Positions 47,614 through 58,744 of a DNA stretch of 64,000 nt are shown here, one piece after another. Position numbers and translations under genes: made by a program. The stretch comes from Bacillota bacterium. GTDB lineage: Bacteria; Bacillota; DTU025. Within the stretch, counting starts at the first letter, position 1. The number at the start of each line of letters is the position of its first letter. Location of the stretch: positions 1-64,000 of the forward strand of contig JBMNJT010000008.1 in NCBI GenBank assembly GCA_050951805.1, given 5' to 3'. The notes beneath the pieces are model-generated. The model was not told where the DNA came from. It did not search any database and saw only the letters and a list, made by a program, of their open reading frames with translations.

Positions 47614-49578
47614 GTGGCAAGGCCTTCTAGGAAAAACGGGGAATATGAAAGGGCGTTGCCGCCGACACTGCTGGCGCTGGGCATGGCCGCGGTTCTAATA
47701 GTTGTGGGTGCAGTGGGCGGCGCAATATGGATGCAGCTTCGGGTTCCTCCACAGCTTTGCGCTGTGCTCGCCGAGGCGGGCGGAGGCAGCGGGACTCAGT
47801 TTGGCGAGAACGATGTGGCTGCGCTGGTGCGCTATGTACAGAAATGCTCGTCGGCGGGCTTTCCGGATGTCCCGCTCACACGGATCCAAAAGATTATAGG
47901 CGAGCGTTCCAGCGTGGCGGCTGTAGAGGCAAACCAGGAGGTCGAGGCCGAATTGGCAAGGGAGGCTCACGAGGCGGTTCTCCGGCAAAACGGGGGAGAA
48001 TGGGGCTCAAAGTTCCATCGGCTCAGAATAGATGGAATAGTCGACGGACTGTCTCATGTGGCGGGTGATGATGCTTCGGGATACAAAATCGCCATGCTCG
48101 ACACTCCACAGATCAATGCCTTTTCTACCGCGGACGGGAGGATATACCTTACCCGAGGCTTGGTCACTACGTCTTCGGATGACGAGATTGCCCTCGTCAT
48201 CGCCCACGAAATGCATCACATACGTTCAGGCCACTGGATCAACTGGTGGGCGCTGAGTGCGGGAGACGGCAGCTTTGATGCTGACACGGAAAACCCGCAG
48301 GAAGGCGGCGCGATGGCCGAGGCTGCACTGGCCTTGGTAAAGATGGGGACAAAGGCGTTTTCAGGTGAGGCGTCCACATCGTATGAGCAGGAATACGAAG
48401 CTGACGCCATGGCGATATTGCATGCGGCCGAGTGCGGCTATTGTGTGCGAAGAATATTCCGGATCCTGACGCGTCTGCCCGAGATGCCTGTCACGAGCCA
48501 TCCTACTTCGTCCGACAGGATAGAGGGGGCGAGTGAGGTTCTCGAGTCTATGGGGGATCCTTCATGGATTGCGGTGCACAACCCGGCTGAGGTTGCACGC
48601 CTTGCTTTGGAAAACGCCATTGCCGCCTTGCGAGGGGATAGACCGGGAATATGTGCGCAAGTTGTGGGCTTGGACGAGGTGGCTTCAATTTGTGCAAGGA
48701 CTTTGAAGACGCTGGAAGGCGTGGAGGATGAGATGAGGGCCTACAACTGGCTGGGTCATGGGTGGCCGTATGCCGACGGCAGCAGGATGGTGGTTCGCAC
48801 CGCCCTTTTCACGCCGGTGTTGTGTGCGGTCGATGTCGGGGTTGAGACGACTCTGGGCCATTCTTCTGCGGGAACCCCCGGAGTACTGGGAGGCAGACTG
48901 TGGCTGGTTCGTAGGGACGGAGTATGGGTGGTCGTATTGGGCCAGGCATTCTCGAAGGCGCGTCCGGTCTCTTCCCACTGGTCGATGGTCGGGGATGAAC
49001 TGGGCAACGCCTGGCGTTGGGTAGGTAGAGGAGGGTGGTTAGCTTCGGGCAGTTCTGCGCAGGTGGTTTGGGATGGCAATAATGGAGATGCGGGCGCGGC
49101 CCGGGGCGTGTTGGAGGCCGCTGCGCGCTGGCGGGATACGAGCATTATCGACTTCGGGGAGCACCTTTCGACTTATGCAAAGGGCAGGATAGAGTATGTG
49201 AATAACGCCAATTTGGAGGATGAAGGTGGAGCGAGCAAGGATACTGGGGCTTTTGCCGGGGGAAGTTCTGGCTGTGATTGCAAACAGAATACGGCATCGG
49301 TCGATGGCGGTCATGACCGAATGAACTCTGGTGCATGGCAAGGTGATCAGGAAGATGGGAGCCTTGAAGCGATAGGCTGGGCGCAGTTTTTAAGCGGACG
49401 GAAGGCCCAAAACTGGGCGTGGAGCGTCAGGTGTGATGTGCACAGTCGTACTTTGGCGACGGTTACCTTTTCGTCTGCAATAAGCCTCGATGAAGTGCCC
49501 ATAACGAGCAACTTCACGAGGCTCACGATGGTTCTAGAGGACGGCGAGTGGAAGGTGGCGTCTGTCAGTCTGCAGTGA
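47614..49578 (+). CDS. Membrane-anchored M48-family Zn metallopeptidase with long C-terminal extension
   Basis: N-terminal TM; INAF..G.IY.TRGL, AHEMHH (HExxH), EYEAD, SHP...RI. Confidence 0.85.
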   Translation: MARPSRKNGEYERALPPTLLALGMAAVLIVVGAVGGAIWMQLRVPPQLCAVLAEAGGGSGTQFGENDVAALVRYVQKCSSAGFPDVPLTRIQKIIGERSSVAAVEANQEVEAELAREAHEAVLRQNGGEWGSKFHRLRIDGIVDGLSHVAGDDASGYKIAMLDTPQINAFSTADGRIYLTRGLVTTSSDDEIALVIAHEMHHIRSGHWINWWALSAGDGSFDADTENPQEGGAMAEAALALVKMGTKAFSGEASTSYEQEYEADAMAILHAAECGYCVRRIFRILTRLPEMPVTSHPTSSDRIEGASEVLESMGDPSWIAVHNPAEVARLALENAIAALRGDRPGICAQVVGLDEVASICARTLKTLEGVEDEMRAYNWLGHGWPYADGSRMVVRTALFTPVLCAVDVGVETTLGHSSAGTPGVLGGRLWLVRRDGVWVVVLGQAFSKARPVSSHWSMVGDELGNAWRWVGRGGWLASGSSAQVVWDGNNGDAGAARGVLEAAARWRDTSIIDFGEHLSTYAKGRIEYVNNANLEDEGGASKDTGAFAGGSSGCDCKQNTASVDGGHDRMNSGAWQGDQEDGSLEAIGWAQFLSGRKAQNWAWSVRCDVHSRTLATVTFSSAISLDEVPITSNFTRLTMVLEDGEWKVASVSLQ

Positions 49579-50362
49579 AATACAGGGTGATACATGTTTT
49601 TGCGGTGTTGATCTCAACAGGCCTTGACACGTCCACTATTCCGAGGCTTGCATCGAGGTTCGACAGGACATGGTCGAGCACCTCAGAGGGGATGCTCATG
49701 GATGCAACTGCATCTAGACCGGATGAAGCCACTGACCCGCCTGCTTGGTTGGCAATAGCTGAAAGCTCTTTGAGCGAGTCATCTGTCAACGCTGATTTGA
49801 GGCTGACTTCTACCGCCGCTGCGCTGTCGCCTGCCTGAGGCGCAAAGCCCATCGCCTTGATATCGGACGTCACGGCTAGCATGCCTCGAATGTTCCCTTC
49901 GCCGTATGCCAATTCATCTTGCCTTTCTTCTATGGAGGCAGCGTTTCTCCGGGACGGGGCATCTGCAAGCTGTGTCACGTCAGGGCGCGCGGGCTTCAGC
50001 CAGTTCGTGGTGAAAATCGATATGATTACGATAGCGGCTGCGGCTACAGCTGCATATCTCGCATAAAGCGGCCTGACCTTGCTGCCGCTCTTTTTACGGG
50101 GCTTTTCCGATGCAGGCTTGTTCATTCCGGCTGCGCTCTCTGCACGCCTGGCTGCATCGGCTCTGGCCTCTGCCATGAACTCCTGTTTGAGGCTGGCCCG
50201 AAATTCGGGGGTTGCCGCTATACCGGAGTGAAGGGCCTCGATGATAGCGAGGTCCTTTTCGCATGTGGCGTCGTCTTCGAAGCACTCGTGCGAAAAGCCC
50301 GTCGGAGTGGATGCATCTATTCTCTTGTTCTTATGGCCCAGATCATCGCATTGCATTTGCAT
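49565..50362 (-). CDS. Single-TM protein, putative anti-sigma factor
   Basis: Overlaps ECF sigma 3' end; PEFRASLKQEF helix, one TM, extracytoplasmic domain. Confidence 0.7.
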   Translation of the reverse strand: MQMQCDDLGHKNKRIDASTPTGFSHECFEDDATCEKDLAIIEALHSGIAATPEFRASLKQEFMAEARADAARRAESAAGMNKPASEKPRKKSGSKVRPLYARYAAVAAAAIVIISIFTTNWLKPARPDVTQLADAPSRRNAASIEERQDELAYGEGNIRGMLAVTSDIKAMGFAPQAGDSAAAVEVSLKSALTDDSLKELSAIANQAGGSVASSGLDAVASMSIPSEVLDHVLSNLDASLGIVDVSRPVEINTAKTCITLYFTAD

Positions 50363-50948
50363 TCACCTCACTGTCAGAGGAACACATGGATCGCAGGGCG
50401 CCAATTGCCCTATTCAACCTGGACTTCACTGTTCCCAGTTCGATCCCGAGTTGGTCTGCGATCTCTTGATAGCTCAGTTCCATGAAATACCTGAGCTCAA
50501 TGACTGTACGCTGATGGGGCGGAAGCCCCTCAAGTTTGCTCATTACATAGCGGGCGAAATCATCCTCGCACGCCAGTTCTTCGGGTCCGCGGGAGTCGTC
50601 TTTGATCTCGCGCGGCACAGAGTCGCCGTCATCCATCATCATGTCTGCGTCCAGCGACAGAGCCGGACGCTTTTTTCTCAGAAAGTCGGTTATCGCATTG
50701 TTCGATACAGTGTATATCCACGTCGAGAGCTTTGAGTCACCCCTGAACGTGCCGAGGGATCTGCATAGTTTCATAAAAACGGCGGATGTTACGTCTTCGG
50801 CGTCGGGGGTATTTCCCAGCTTCGAGTAGGCCAGCCTGTATATGCGATCGAAGTATCTATCGTAGATAGCTTCCATTCCTCTCGGGTCGCCCGAAAGGTG
50901 AAGCTCTATAAGCTGCTCATCAGAGAGATCCGTATACACCTGGCTCAC
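50343..50948 (-). CDS. ECF sigma factor (SigW/RpoE-like)
   Basis: DAEDVT, FRGDSKLSTWIY, SYQEIADQLGIELGTVKSRLNRA. Confidence 0.95.
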   Translation of the reverse strand: MSQVYTDLSDEQLIELHLSGDPRGMEAIYDRYFDRIYRLAYSKLGNTPDAEDVTSAVFMKLCRSLGTFRGDSKLSTWIYTVSNNAITDFLRKKRPALSLDADMMMDDGDSVPREIKDDSRGPEELACEDDFARYVMSKLEGLPPHQRTVIELRYFMELSYQEIADQLGIELGTVKSRLNRAIGALRSMCSSDSEVNANAMR

Positions 50949-51539
50949 CCCTTAGGATGCCTGTCGATTCCTGCTGGGGGTGGCGATAAAATCCGCAATC
51001 CCCAACAGAATAGTACTACGGCATCCGCCCTGGTGTTCCTGCCTGCCTCAGCCAAATGATTGCTGGCAGGTAGGAGGGGCAAGTTTCCGGGGGAGATAGG
51101 CGACGGTTCAGGCCTAGGCCTTTCACTCCGGGCATACTCCTTCTCAACCGATATGACGCGGCTTGAAAGAGGAAGTTCCAAATGCGGGGCGGAGGGAAAT
51201 CCGAGCGTCTGATCTTTGGGGTTTTGGCAAAGGGGACATGCCATGAAGACAGAGGTTTCGGCCTGAACATTGTAAAGCAGGTACGGAGTGTAGAACTTGT
51301 TTCCGGTAGCAATGCTCATTAGGTTGGCTGCGTCCTAGTGTTGGCCATCGGGCTTATTCTCCTTTAGGTTGAAACACGGTGAGAGGTTTGTGCAGGATTG
51401 CTGAAGGGCTTTTGCGTTCATTCTATAATTATAGAGGGGAAGGCAAGGCGAAAGGCGGGCGGGATTTTGAAGCGAAGCGGTGTTGGCGCAAGCTGAGGCG
51501 CCTGCTAATAGCCGGGATTTTTGGCTAGGAGGGAGTGTA

Positions 51540-51842
51540 GTGGCGGTCAGGTTCAAAAAGTCGAAGAAAATCGGCAAATACGGCAGGATAAACCTGAGCA
51601 AATCGGGGGTCGGCGCTTCTATTGGTGTCCCGGGTTTTCGGGTCAGTGTCAGCCCGGATGGGAAGATCAGGCGCACTGTGAGCATTCCAGGCACGGGAAT
51701 CTATGATACGAAGGTTGTGGGCTCAGCAAAACCCGAGGCGCATAAGGCAAAGCAGGCGCCCAAACGGGCGTGCCAGGCGTGTGGGCGAGCTGCCGGACAG
51801 AAGGATGTTTTCTGTCGGTACTGTGGAGCGAGGCTGTTGTAG
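51540..51842 (+). CDS. DUF4236-like protein with C-terminal zinc ribbon
   Basis: RFKKSKKIG..RINLSKSG.G.SIG..G..TVSIPGTG.Y; CxxC..FCxxCG; AGGAGG RBS. Confidence 0.8.
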   Translation: MAVRFKKSKKIGKYGRINLSKSGVGASIGVPGFRVSVSPDGKIRRTVSIPGTGIYDTKVVGSAKPEAHKAKQAPKRACQACGRAAGQKDVFCRYCGARLL

Positions 51843-52903
51843 GGCTGTGTTGCCTGCGAGGGTGGTTGCCTTTGAAGGCATATGGTGGAGTTTGTCAGGG
51901 CAAGGTGCGAGTCTTGCCAAGTTCTTATGCGACTTTCGGGTTTGCGTTCCTTGTACTTCAGGCTTCTGCCGCTCAATTGGCCCAAGGCATTTCCCCTGAG
52001 CTGCTTGGAAATGCTGGGAGGAACCTGTGCGGTCGTCTGCATACACCTTCGAGTGCATGCGGATACTGGATGACGTGTGCATTTTTGGGTTTGGGTTCGC
52101 TTTTCCGGACCATGCCTGAGGATCTATCTTTAGGGCTTTGCGCACACGTGGTGCGGTAGAGGCGGACTTTAGGAGGCAGTGCCATTTTCGTGGTCGGGAA
52201 AAGCGACTGGAAATTGGACAGTTGCGACCTTGAAATGTGTGCAAATGAACAGGGATGTCTAATTCCTAATTAGACCGCAACAAATCTCTGCACACCCCTC
52301 GAGTTTGTACTGCCGGTGTCTGCGACTTAGCCGGGGGACTGCTAAGGTCTTTACTTGTAAGTTTGGCCTCGGGTAGAAGCCTAGGGAAGCGCCGTGCGGC
52401 GTAAGGTTCGCCGCGGGTGCGAGCAGGTTTTACAGACCAGTCTAAAACTTTGACACCCGCGCCCGAAAAGCGACTAAATAATAGACACATTCCTTGAAGG
52501 CAATCCCAAGTCGCCTTTTCATATGAATGCATAAACTGCTGGAGCGCTAATATGGATCTCATGGTCGGGAGCGTATGCGCGTCGCTTTCGTGGTTGTAAA
52601 GAAGATGGTTGCCCGCGAGCGTCGAACCGGGATTTCGATCCACCCTGGCTTTGCCCCGAGGATCATACCCCGGCGCGGCTGAGTGCTGCGGGCATTTATG
52701 GCTAAGGCCAAGATGTGTACGTTGTCGATGTACAAATGCAAACCAATTATCGCACTCCGACATAGGTGCAAAGACGTGTCCACGCCTAGCAGACATCATA
52801 TGGCAGGCTAACCGATAGCGCAAAAACTTATGGGGAGTGACTTAGACAGGCTCTTGTAATCCCCTCGCTTTTTGCGCGAAGCTTTGCTTTTCCGTGGCAT
52901 TGC

Positions 52904-54217
52904 TCACTTCCCCAGGTATTTTGTTGAAATGCTCTCCGTAATTCCGTTGGCTTTGGCTATCTTCGCATACATCTCCGCACTTCTTCGGGGCGTCCTTTGC
53001 AGGTTCGGATCGGTCGGGTCAAGTTCGAAGAGGCCGAACTTCTGTGTGTATCCTGCACGCCATTCGAAGTTGTCTTGGAAGGTCCAATAAAAATAGCCGC
53101 GCACGTCAACGCCGCTGCCAATTGCGCGCCACATCTCCCGGAGGTGTTCAACGATGTAGCGCGGGCGCATCGAGTCGTTGGCATCGGCCACTCCATTTTC
53201 AGTGATGTATACTGGGATACGAAGTTTCCCGAGTTCCACAAGGCAATTGTATATCCCCTCTGGGCAAACCGCCCAGCCGAAATCGTTGAGCTCTGTGCCT
53301 CTCGGGAAGACTTCTTGGCTGAAGGCGTTGGAGATGCCGTTTGGGCGGAAAGCTACGGTCCGTCTGGTGTAATAGTTGAGTCCCATGTATGTGAGGGATC
53401 CAGCCAAACCCGGGATAGGTTTTCCGTCGCCGAATGGGCCCGGCATTCGTCCTGTGACTAGGGCTTCTATGTATGAGCTGTTCCAGGACTTGGACTGGTA
53501 TTTCGCTATGGCGCGATCAAACGGGCTGTGGCTGGCAGGGGCGAAGTCCGTCATGTTGTGGGCTATGCCAATAAGTGGCCTGCTGTTCGGGTCGGCGCTT
53601 TTGCTACCGCCCTCACAGATGATTGAGTAGGCGCCTGCGTGGGCGGTCAAGAGGTGACGGGTGACTCGGCGGGCGGCTCTGAGGGATCGCTTTTCGGGCG
53701 GAAACTCGCCGGTCACGTAAGAGAACATAGTGTAGACGTTGGGTTCATTCAAAGTGCACCAAAGGAGGGGGTACTTGCCGAGCCGGTTTACGACCTCTTG
53801 CACGAAGCGGAGGAATGCATCGCATGTTGCGGGATTTTCCCACCCGTCCTGGTCAGCCACCCATTTTGGCAGCACCCAGTGGTAAAGAGTGAGGCAAATT
53901 GCGATTCCCTTTTCGGACAGAGATTCCATCATTGCTTCATAGTGGGCAAAGGCGGCATCATCCCACATGCCGGGGCGCGGCTCCACTCGGGCCCATTCAA
54001 CTCCCATCCTGTAGGCGTTGAGCCCCATGGACTTCATGGTCGCGTAGTCTTCCTCGTATCTGTTCCACGCGTCGCAGGCCCGGCCTGATGTGAGGCCGCC
54101 TTCGATCTTCCCGGGTTCCCATGCCCACCAGTCGCTTGCGGTGTTGTTGCCCTCTACTTGATGTCCGGATGTTGCTACGCCCCACAAGAAATCTTCAGGA
54201 AAGGAAAGGCTATTCAC
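52904..54217 (-). CDS. Glycoside hydrolase family 1 (beta-glucosidase/galactosidase)
   Basis: FPEDFLWGVATSGHQVEG, TLNEP (acid/base), YITENG (nucleophile), DNFEW. Confidence 0.95.
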   Translation of the reverse strand: MNSLSFPEDFLWGVATSGHQVEGNNTASDWWAWEPGKIEGGLTSGRACDAWNRYEEDYATMKSMGLNAYRMGVEWARVEPRPGMWDDAAFAHYEAMMESLSEKGIAICLTLYHWVLPKWVADQDGWENPATCDAFLRFVQEVVNRLGKYPLLWCTLNEPNVYTMFSYVTGEFPPEKRSLRAARRVTRHLLTAHAGAYSIICEGGSKSADPNSRPLIGIAHNMTDFAPASHSPFDRAIAKYQSKSWNSSYIEALVTGRMPGPFGDGKPIPGLAGSLTYMGLNYYTRRTVAFRPNGISNAFSQEVFPRGTELNDFGWAVCPEGIYNCLVELGKLRIPVYITENGVADANDSMRPRYIVEHLREMWRAIGSGVDVRGYFYWTFQDNFEWRAGYTQKFGLFELDPTDPNLQRTPRRSAEMYAKIAKANGITESISTKYLGK

Positions 54218-54411
54218 TGATGCCACCTCCTGGTGTGCAGATTCGCCTGATGCGTCCATACTCCTCCATGCGTGCGACTGCAAACCGCCATGGCATAGGG
54301 CGCATCCGGCGACCTTATGAAATGCGGATATGGCGGCGGGTTGGCAGGAAAGACCGAGGATGTCCGAGAAAGATGATGAGAAAGACGGACATGGACAAGG
54401 GGGATGATCTG

Positions 54412-55524
54412 TTGTCAACGACATCTTCGGGGAGGAAGGGCAGCGGTAGGCCTGTCCGTTTGGAGCCGATCACATGGGATGGCAACAAGCGAGTGGTCCG
54501 CCTCATCGACCAGACTCTCCTTCCAACTGAACTAAGATACATCGAAATATCAGCTATGGACGCGATGTGCGAGGCTATAGCGGAGCTCAGAGTGCGCGGG
54601 GCGCCAGCGATTGGGATAGCGGGCGCGTTCGGTGTCTACTTGGGGGTTGCTAACAGGAGCTTTTCGTCTGAAAAAGAGTTTTTTGAGGTCCTCGATGGTG
54701 TCTGCTCCGAGGTGGCGTGCGTGCGGCCGACGGCAGTGAACTTGGCATGGGCTGTCAAGCGGGTGAAGCGCGTGGCCGGGGAGGTTGCGGATAGCGCCTA
54801 TAGTCGCGGAGAGAGGGCGGACCCGGAGGCACTTGTGGAGGCTATCCTGAGCGAGGCCATAATCATGATAGACGAGGACAACAAGGTATGCAGGGCGATA
54901 GGGGAGTACGGTGCGAGTCTCATACCTGACGGCGCATCTATTCTGACCCACTGCAACGCCGGGGCCCTGGCCACTGCAGGCTGGGGGACAGCCTTAGCGG
55001 CTCTTTATGTGGCCCAGGAGCAAGGCAAGGAGTTTAGAGTCTGGGCGGATGAGACTAGGCCGCTTTTGCAGGGATCGCGTCTTACGGCTTTTGAGCTGAT
55101 GGAGGCGGGGATAGATGTAACGGTCATATGCGACAACATGGCTGCCTCTTTGATGGGCAGGGGCGAGATCGACTTGGTCATTCTCGGGGCCGACCGTGTT
55201 GCCGCCAATGGGGATGTATGCAACAAGATCGGGACATATGGAGTTGCTTGTCTTGCGCACATGCACGACATTCCGTTCTTCGTGGCATGCCCCACGTCCA
55301 CCTTTGACTTGTCGCTTGCCAGCGGAGCGGAGATTCCCATAGAACAAAGGAACCCGCGGGAAGTGACCCACGGGTTCGGAAAGCAGACTGCTCCTGATGG
55401 TGTGAAGGTTTATAACCCGGCTTTCGATGTGACACCGCACAATCTCATGTCGGCGATCATCACGGAGCGGGGGATAGTTCGCGCGCCATACGGGCCGGGG
55501 CTTGCTGCTATAGTGCGCGACTGA
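54412..55524 (+). CDS. mtnA: Methylthioribose-1-phosphate isomerase
   Basis: DQTLLP, VRGAPAIG, RPTAVNL, THCNAGALAT, ETRPLLQGSRLT, NKIGTY, NPAFDVTP; start approximate. Confidence 0.95.
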   Translation: MSTTSSGRKGSGRPVRLEPITWDGNKRVVRLIDQTLLPTELRYIEISAMDAMCEAIAELRVRGAPAIGIAGAFGVYLGVANRSFSSEKEFFEVLDGVCSEVACVRPTAVNLAWAVKRVKRVAGEVADSAYSRGERADPEALVEAILSEAIIMIDEDNKVCRAIGEYGASLIPDGASILTHCNAGALATAGWGTALAALYVAQEQGKEFRVWADETRPLLQGSRLTAFELMEAGIDVTVICDNMAASLMGRGEIDLVILGADRVAANGDVCNKIGTYGVACLAHMHDIPFFVACPTSTFDLSLASGAEIPIEQRNPREVTHGFGKQTAPDGVKVYNPAFDVTPHNLMSAIITERGIVRAPYGPGLAAIVRD

Positions 55525-56512
55525 CTTCCAAGAATACGAGATCGGACGATACCGACCGGAGTGCATAATCAGGGCAGCTCGCAGGTATCAATACTGATGA
55601 TCCGGGGCGTACGGAAATGTGCGCCCTTTCATCTTCTCCCCATGCCACCTCTCCTGTACCCCCGAGGAACAGGAAGGCAGTGAACGAAGAGGGCGATGGG
55701 CGCCGTTCCCATCTGCCGCAGCACCTTGCGAGTTGGACGTCGAAGCCTGCGAACGAGCCTATGGATACGCCCGAGTTTGGCGACGCCATTTTCGGCTGCG
55801 TAATCTCCGGCGGGCGTGAATAGTCGATCACTTCTAGCGCTTGGTCGATGTGGAGCTCGCGAGGCTTTCCGTCAAGGCCTGGCCTGTTGTAGTCCCAGAT
55901 GCGGTAGACCGTGTCGGAGCTTTGTTGGACTTCTGCGACCACAAGACCTGCGCCTAGGGCGTGGATGGTCCCGGGCGGTATGGCAATGACGTCTCCGGCT
56001 GAAACTTGTACCTCGTTGAGGTAATCCATTACGGATCCGCTTTTCGCGGCCTCAGCGAATTCCCTTGGGCTGATGCCTTCTTTGAGGCCATACACTATTG
56101 AGGCTCCTGGATCTGCTTCAAGAACCAGCCACATTTCGGATTTGGCCGATGCTTCCAGGTGTGTTGCTGCATATTCTTCACCCGGATGCACCTGGACAGA
56201 GAGGTCATCGTTGGAGTTGAGGAGCTTGATGAGGAGGGGAAACTTGCAGCACTGCGGCGGGTCGGAATAGTCCTGGTCGGCCCAAGCCTTGCCGATTACG
56301 TCTTCTCCATACTCCGTAAGGAGCTCAGGAATGGTCTTCCCTGCCAGGTATCCGTTTTCTGTAGGGGTCAGCCCGTGTGGATGGGCTGAAAGGACCCATG
56401 CTTCCCCTATGGGCCCATCAGGGATTACGGGAAACCATGATTCGAAACGACGTCCTCCCCAGATTTTCTCTTTGAATAAAGGAATGAATGATAGCGGATA
56501 GAGTCTGTTCAA
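55508..56512 (-). CDS. manA: Mannose-6-phosphate isomerase, type I
   Basis: KIWGG, IGEAW, FPLLIK, LSVQVHP, K.E.W, GTIHA, EVQQSSD.VYR..DY, RELH. Confidence 0.93.
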   Translation of the reverse strand: MNRLYPLSFIPLFKEKIWGGRRFESWFPVIPDGPIGEAWVLSAHPHGLTPTENGYLAGKTIPELLTEYGEDVIGKAWADQDYSDPPQCCKFPLLIKLLNSNDDLSVQVHPGEEYAATHLEASAKSEMWLVLEADPGASIVYGLKEGISPREFAEAAKSGSVMDYLNEVQVSAGDVIAIPPGTIHALGAGLVVAEVQQSSDTVYRIWDYNRPGLDGKPRELHIDQALEVIDYSRPPEITQPKMASPNSGVSIGSFAGFDVQLARCCGRWERRPSPSSFTAFLFLGGTGEVAWGEDERAHISVRPGSSVLIPASCPDYALRSVSSDLVFLEVSRAL

Positions 56513-56605
56513 TCTCAAACACCTCACAGTGCTAACTACATCTTACTGTTAGGGATTGGGTCGGTCAACATTGGATGGGTTGCAGCTGGGGGTAAAGACG
56601 TCAAG

Positions 56606-56890
56606 GCAGGGTGGGTGGAAAACTGTCCGTAGTTGATCCTAAAGCACTCTCAGCCCGTATTAGTCTTTGCAGCTAAGTGTCTGGAAAATGGGGAATTCTA
56701 TGCTTTGACTCGCAGGGAACAATGGAAGCGTTGGCGAACGAGAATTTCCCATTTTGCACTGTATTGTAATTGGGGGCCTTTGGCCATGACGTGCTTGGCA
56801 TCTCGGAAAGTTGTCCAGGAATCAGCGACGATGATCTTCTCGAACTGGCCAGGTCGCAAGGGAGATTAATCCTCAATAACGAATTCACTG
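56606..56890 (+). pseudogene. Decayed DUF433-like antitoxin / DUF5615-like PIN toxin pair
   Basis: GWVENCP*L..VLVFAAKCLE (DUF433-like end); from ATG 56722 MEALANENFP..*..GHDVL.I.ESCPGISDDDLLELARSQGRLIL with internal TAA 56767-56769. Confidence 0.6.
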
Positions 56891-57194
56891 ATGTATGGCT
56901 GCATTCAGATGCTTGTCATTTCTCTTTTCCAGTGTGCTCCGCTTTCCTGTGTGGGCCTTGAGATCCGTGATCTGTGTTGATCATGCAAGGTGTTAGCGAA
57001 GTGCAGCTACCAAGACATGCTTGGGGAGGCTGGAAAACCTATGCCTTGAGGTCCTCTAGTGATATAGTTATAAGTGGTATAGTTTCGGGGATTATGCAAT
57101 GGTAATGGCATTATCGTTGCCCTGGTCAACGCGGTCAGGGCACCGCTTCTCGCACGGGAGCGCGGATTGAGACAAGCAAACGGGGGGTTAGCTT

Positions 57195-58373
57195 ATGCCT
57201 AAACTAGATTTTCTGGCGCAGGAACTCGAGTCCTTGCACGAACAGAATTTGTTCAATGTGATAAGGACGATTGAGGGGCCGCAGGGCGGCTGGATTGTAG
57301 TGGACGGCAAGAGGGTTTTGAACCTTTGCTCCAACAACTACTTGGGGTTTGCCGACCATCCCGAGCTCAAGAGCGCAGCTAAGAAAGGCATAGACCAGTA
57401 TGGTGTTGGCCCCGGGGCGGTCAGGTCGATTGCGGGCACTCAGAGCATCCATCTTGAGCTCGAACGGAAACTCGCGGAATTCAAGCACGCGGAAGCCTGC
57501 ATAGTCCTTCAGGGTGGGTTCGTGGCGAACCTTGCTGTTATTCCAGCGATTACGGGTGACGGCGATATCATCTTTTCGGATGAGCTCAACCATGCCAGCA
57601 TTATCGATGGTTGCAGGCTGTCAAAGGCGAAGGTGGTCCGGTATGCCCACAATGACACTGCGGACCTGAAGAACAAGATCATGGAGCACAAGGATTCTGC
57701 CCGCAGGATGCTGATCATCACGGACGGGGTGTTCAGCATGGACGGGGACATCGCACCTCTTCCCGAGATCGTTGAGGTTGCAGACGAGTTCGGCGCTATG
57801 GTGATGGCGGACGACGCTCACGGCGAAGGGGTCCTCGGAGACAGCGGTCGGGGTATCGTCAACCATTTCAATCTGGAAGGCAAGGTAGAGATCGAGGTGG
57901 GCACGCTGTCGAAGGCTTTCGGCGTCATGGGAGGATACATAACTGGGCCCAAGGTCCTCATCGATTATCTAAAGCAGAAGGGGCGTCCGTTCCTGTTCAG
58001 TTCCGGCCTTACGGCTGCGGATACCGCTGCAGCAATTGCGGCCGTTGATGTTCTCGTCGAAAGCGATGAGCTTGTCAGGAAGTTGTGGGACAACGCTGCA
58101 TACTTCCAGAAGGGTTTGAAGGAAGCCGGGTTTGACATAGGCAAGACCCAAACGCCCATAACCCCCGTAATGCTCGGCGACGAAGGAACTGCAGTGACGT
58201 TCTCGAAAAAGCTATTCGATAAGGGGATTTTTGCCCAGTCGATAGCCTACCCGACTGTGGCAAAGGGCAAGGCGAGGATAAGGTGCATGCTGTCGGCGGC
58301 GCACCAGAAGGAAGACTTGGATTTCGCCCTCGCTACATTCACCGAGGTGGCCAAGGAGATGGGGGTTCTCTAG
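57195..58373 (+). CDS. kbl: Glycine C-acetyltransferase (2-amino-3-ketobutyrate CoA ligase; BioF-like family)
   Basis: [41 protein letters not shown] (PLP Lys), RPFLFS. Confidence 0.9.
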   Translation: MPKLDFLAQELESLHEQNLFNVIRTIEGPQGGWIVVDGKRVLNLCSNNYLGFADHPELKSAAKKGIDQYGVGPGAVRSIAGTQSIHLELERKLAEFKHAEACIVLQGGFVANLAVIPAITGDGDIIFSDELNHASIIDGCRLSKAKVVRYAHNDTADLKNKIMEHKDSARRMLIITDGVFSMDGDIAPLPEIVEVADEFGAMVMADDAHGEGVLGDSGRGIVNHFNLEGKVEIEVGTLSKAFGVMGGYITGPKVLIDYLKQKGRPFLFSSGLTAADTAAAIAAVDVLVESDELVRKLWDNAAYFQKGLKEAGFDIGKTQTPITPVMLGDEGTAVTFSKKLFDKGIFAQSIAYPTVAKGKARIRCMLSAAHQKEDLDFALATFTEVAKEMGVL

Positions 58374-58715
58374 CGGCGACCCTGCGGCATATATAGGCGC
58401 CTCTCGGCATGACATTTCTGCAAGGCAGCTTGTGGACATTGGAGTCGTGATGGGAGGCGCTTTCACATTCAAACATCTATCTTTTGTGAGAAGTATCTCT
58501 GAAAATGTGCCTGAGCGATACGCTGAGCGCCCAGCTGTGATAGCCTGGGCGTTTCGCGTCAGGTGTTGGCAATCTGACAGCTCGAATAAGAGTAATCATG
58601 TTCTGAAGAGATGGCTTTGAATTATTGCATGGCATTAGTGACGATCATACAAAAGCGTAATACCTCACGAGTCAAACATGCATGGAGCTGGGCAAGCGAT
58701 GAATAGTCTAGAAAA

Positions 58716-58744
58716 TTGACACTATTAGGAGCCGATGGTATATT
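58716..58744 (+). promoter_or_regulatory. Near-consensus sigma70 promoter without an intact downstream gene
   Basis: TTGACA-N17-TATATT with extended -10 TG. Confidence 0.55.
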
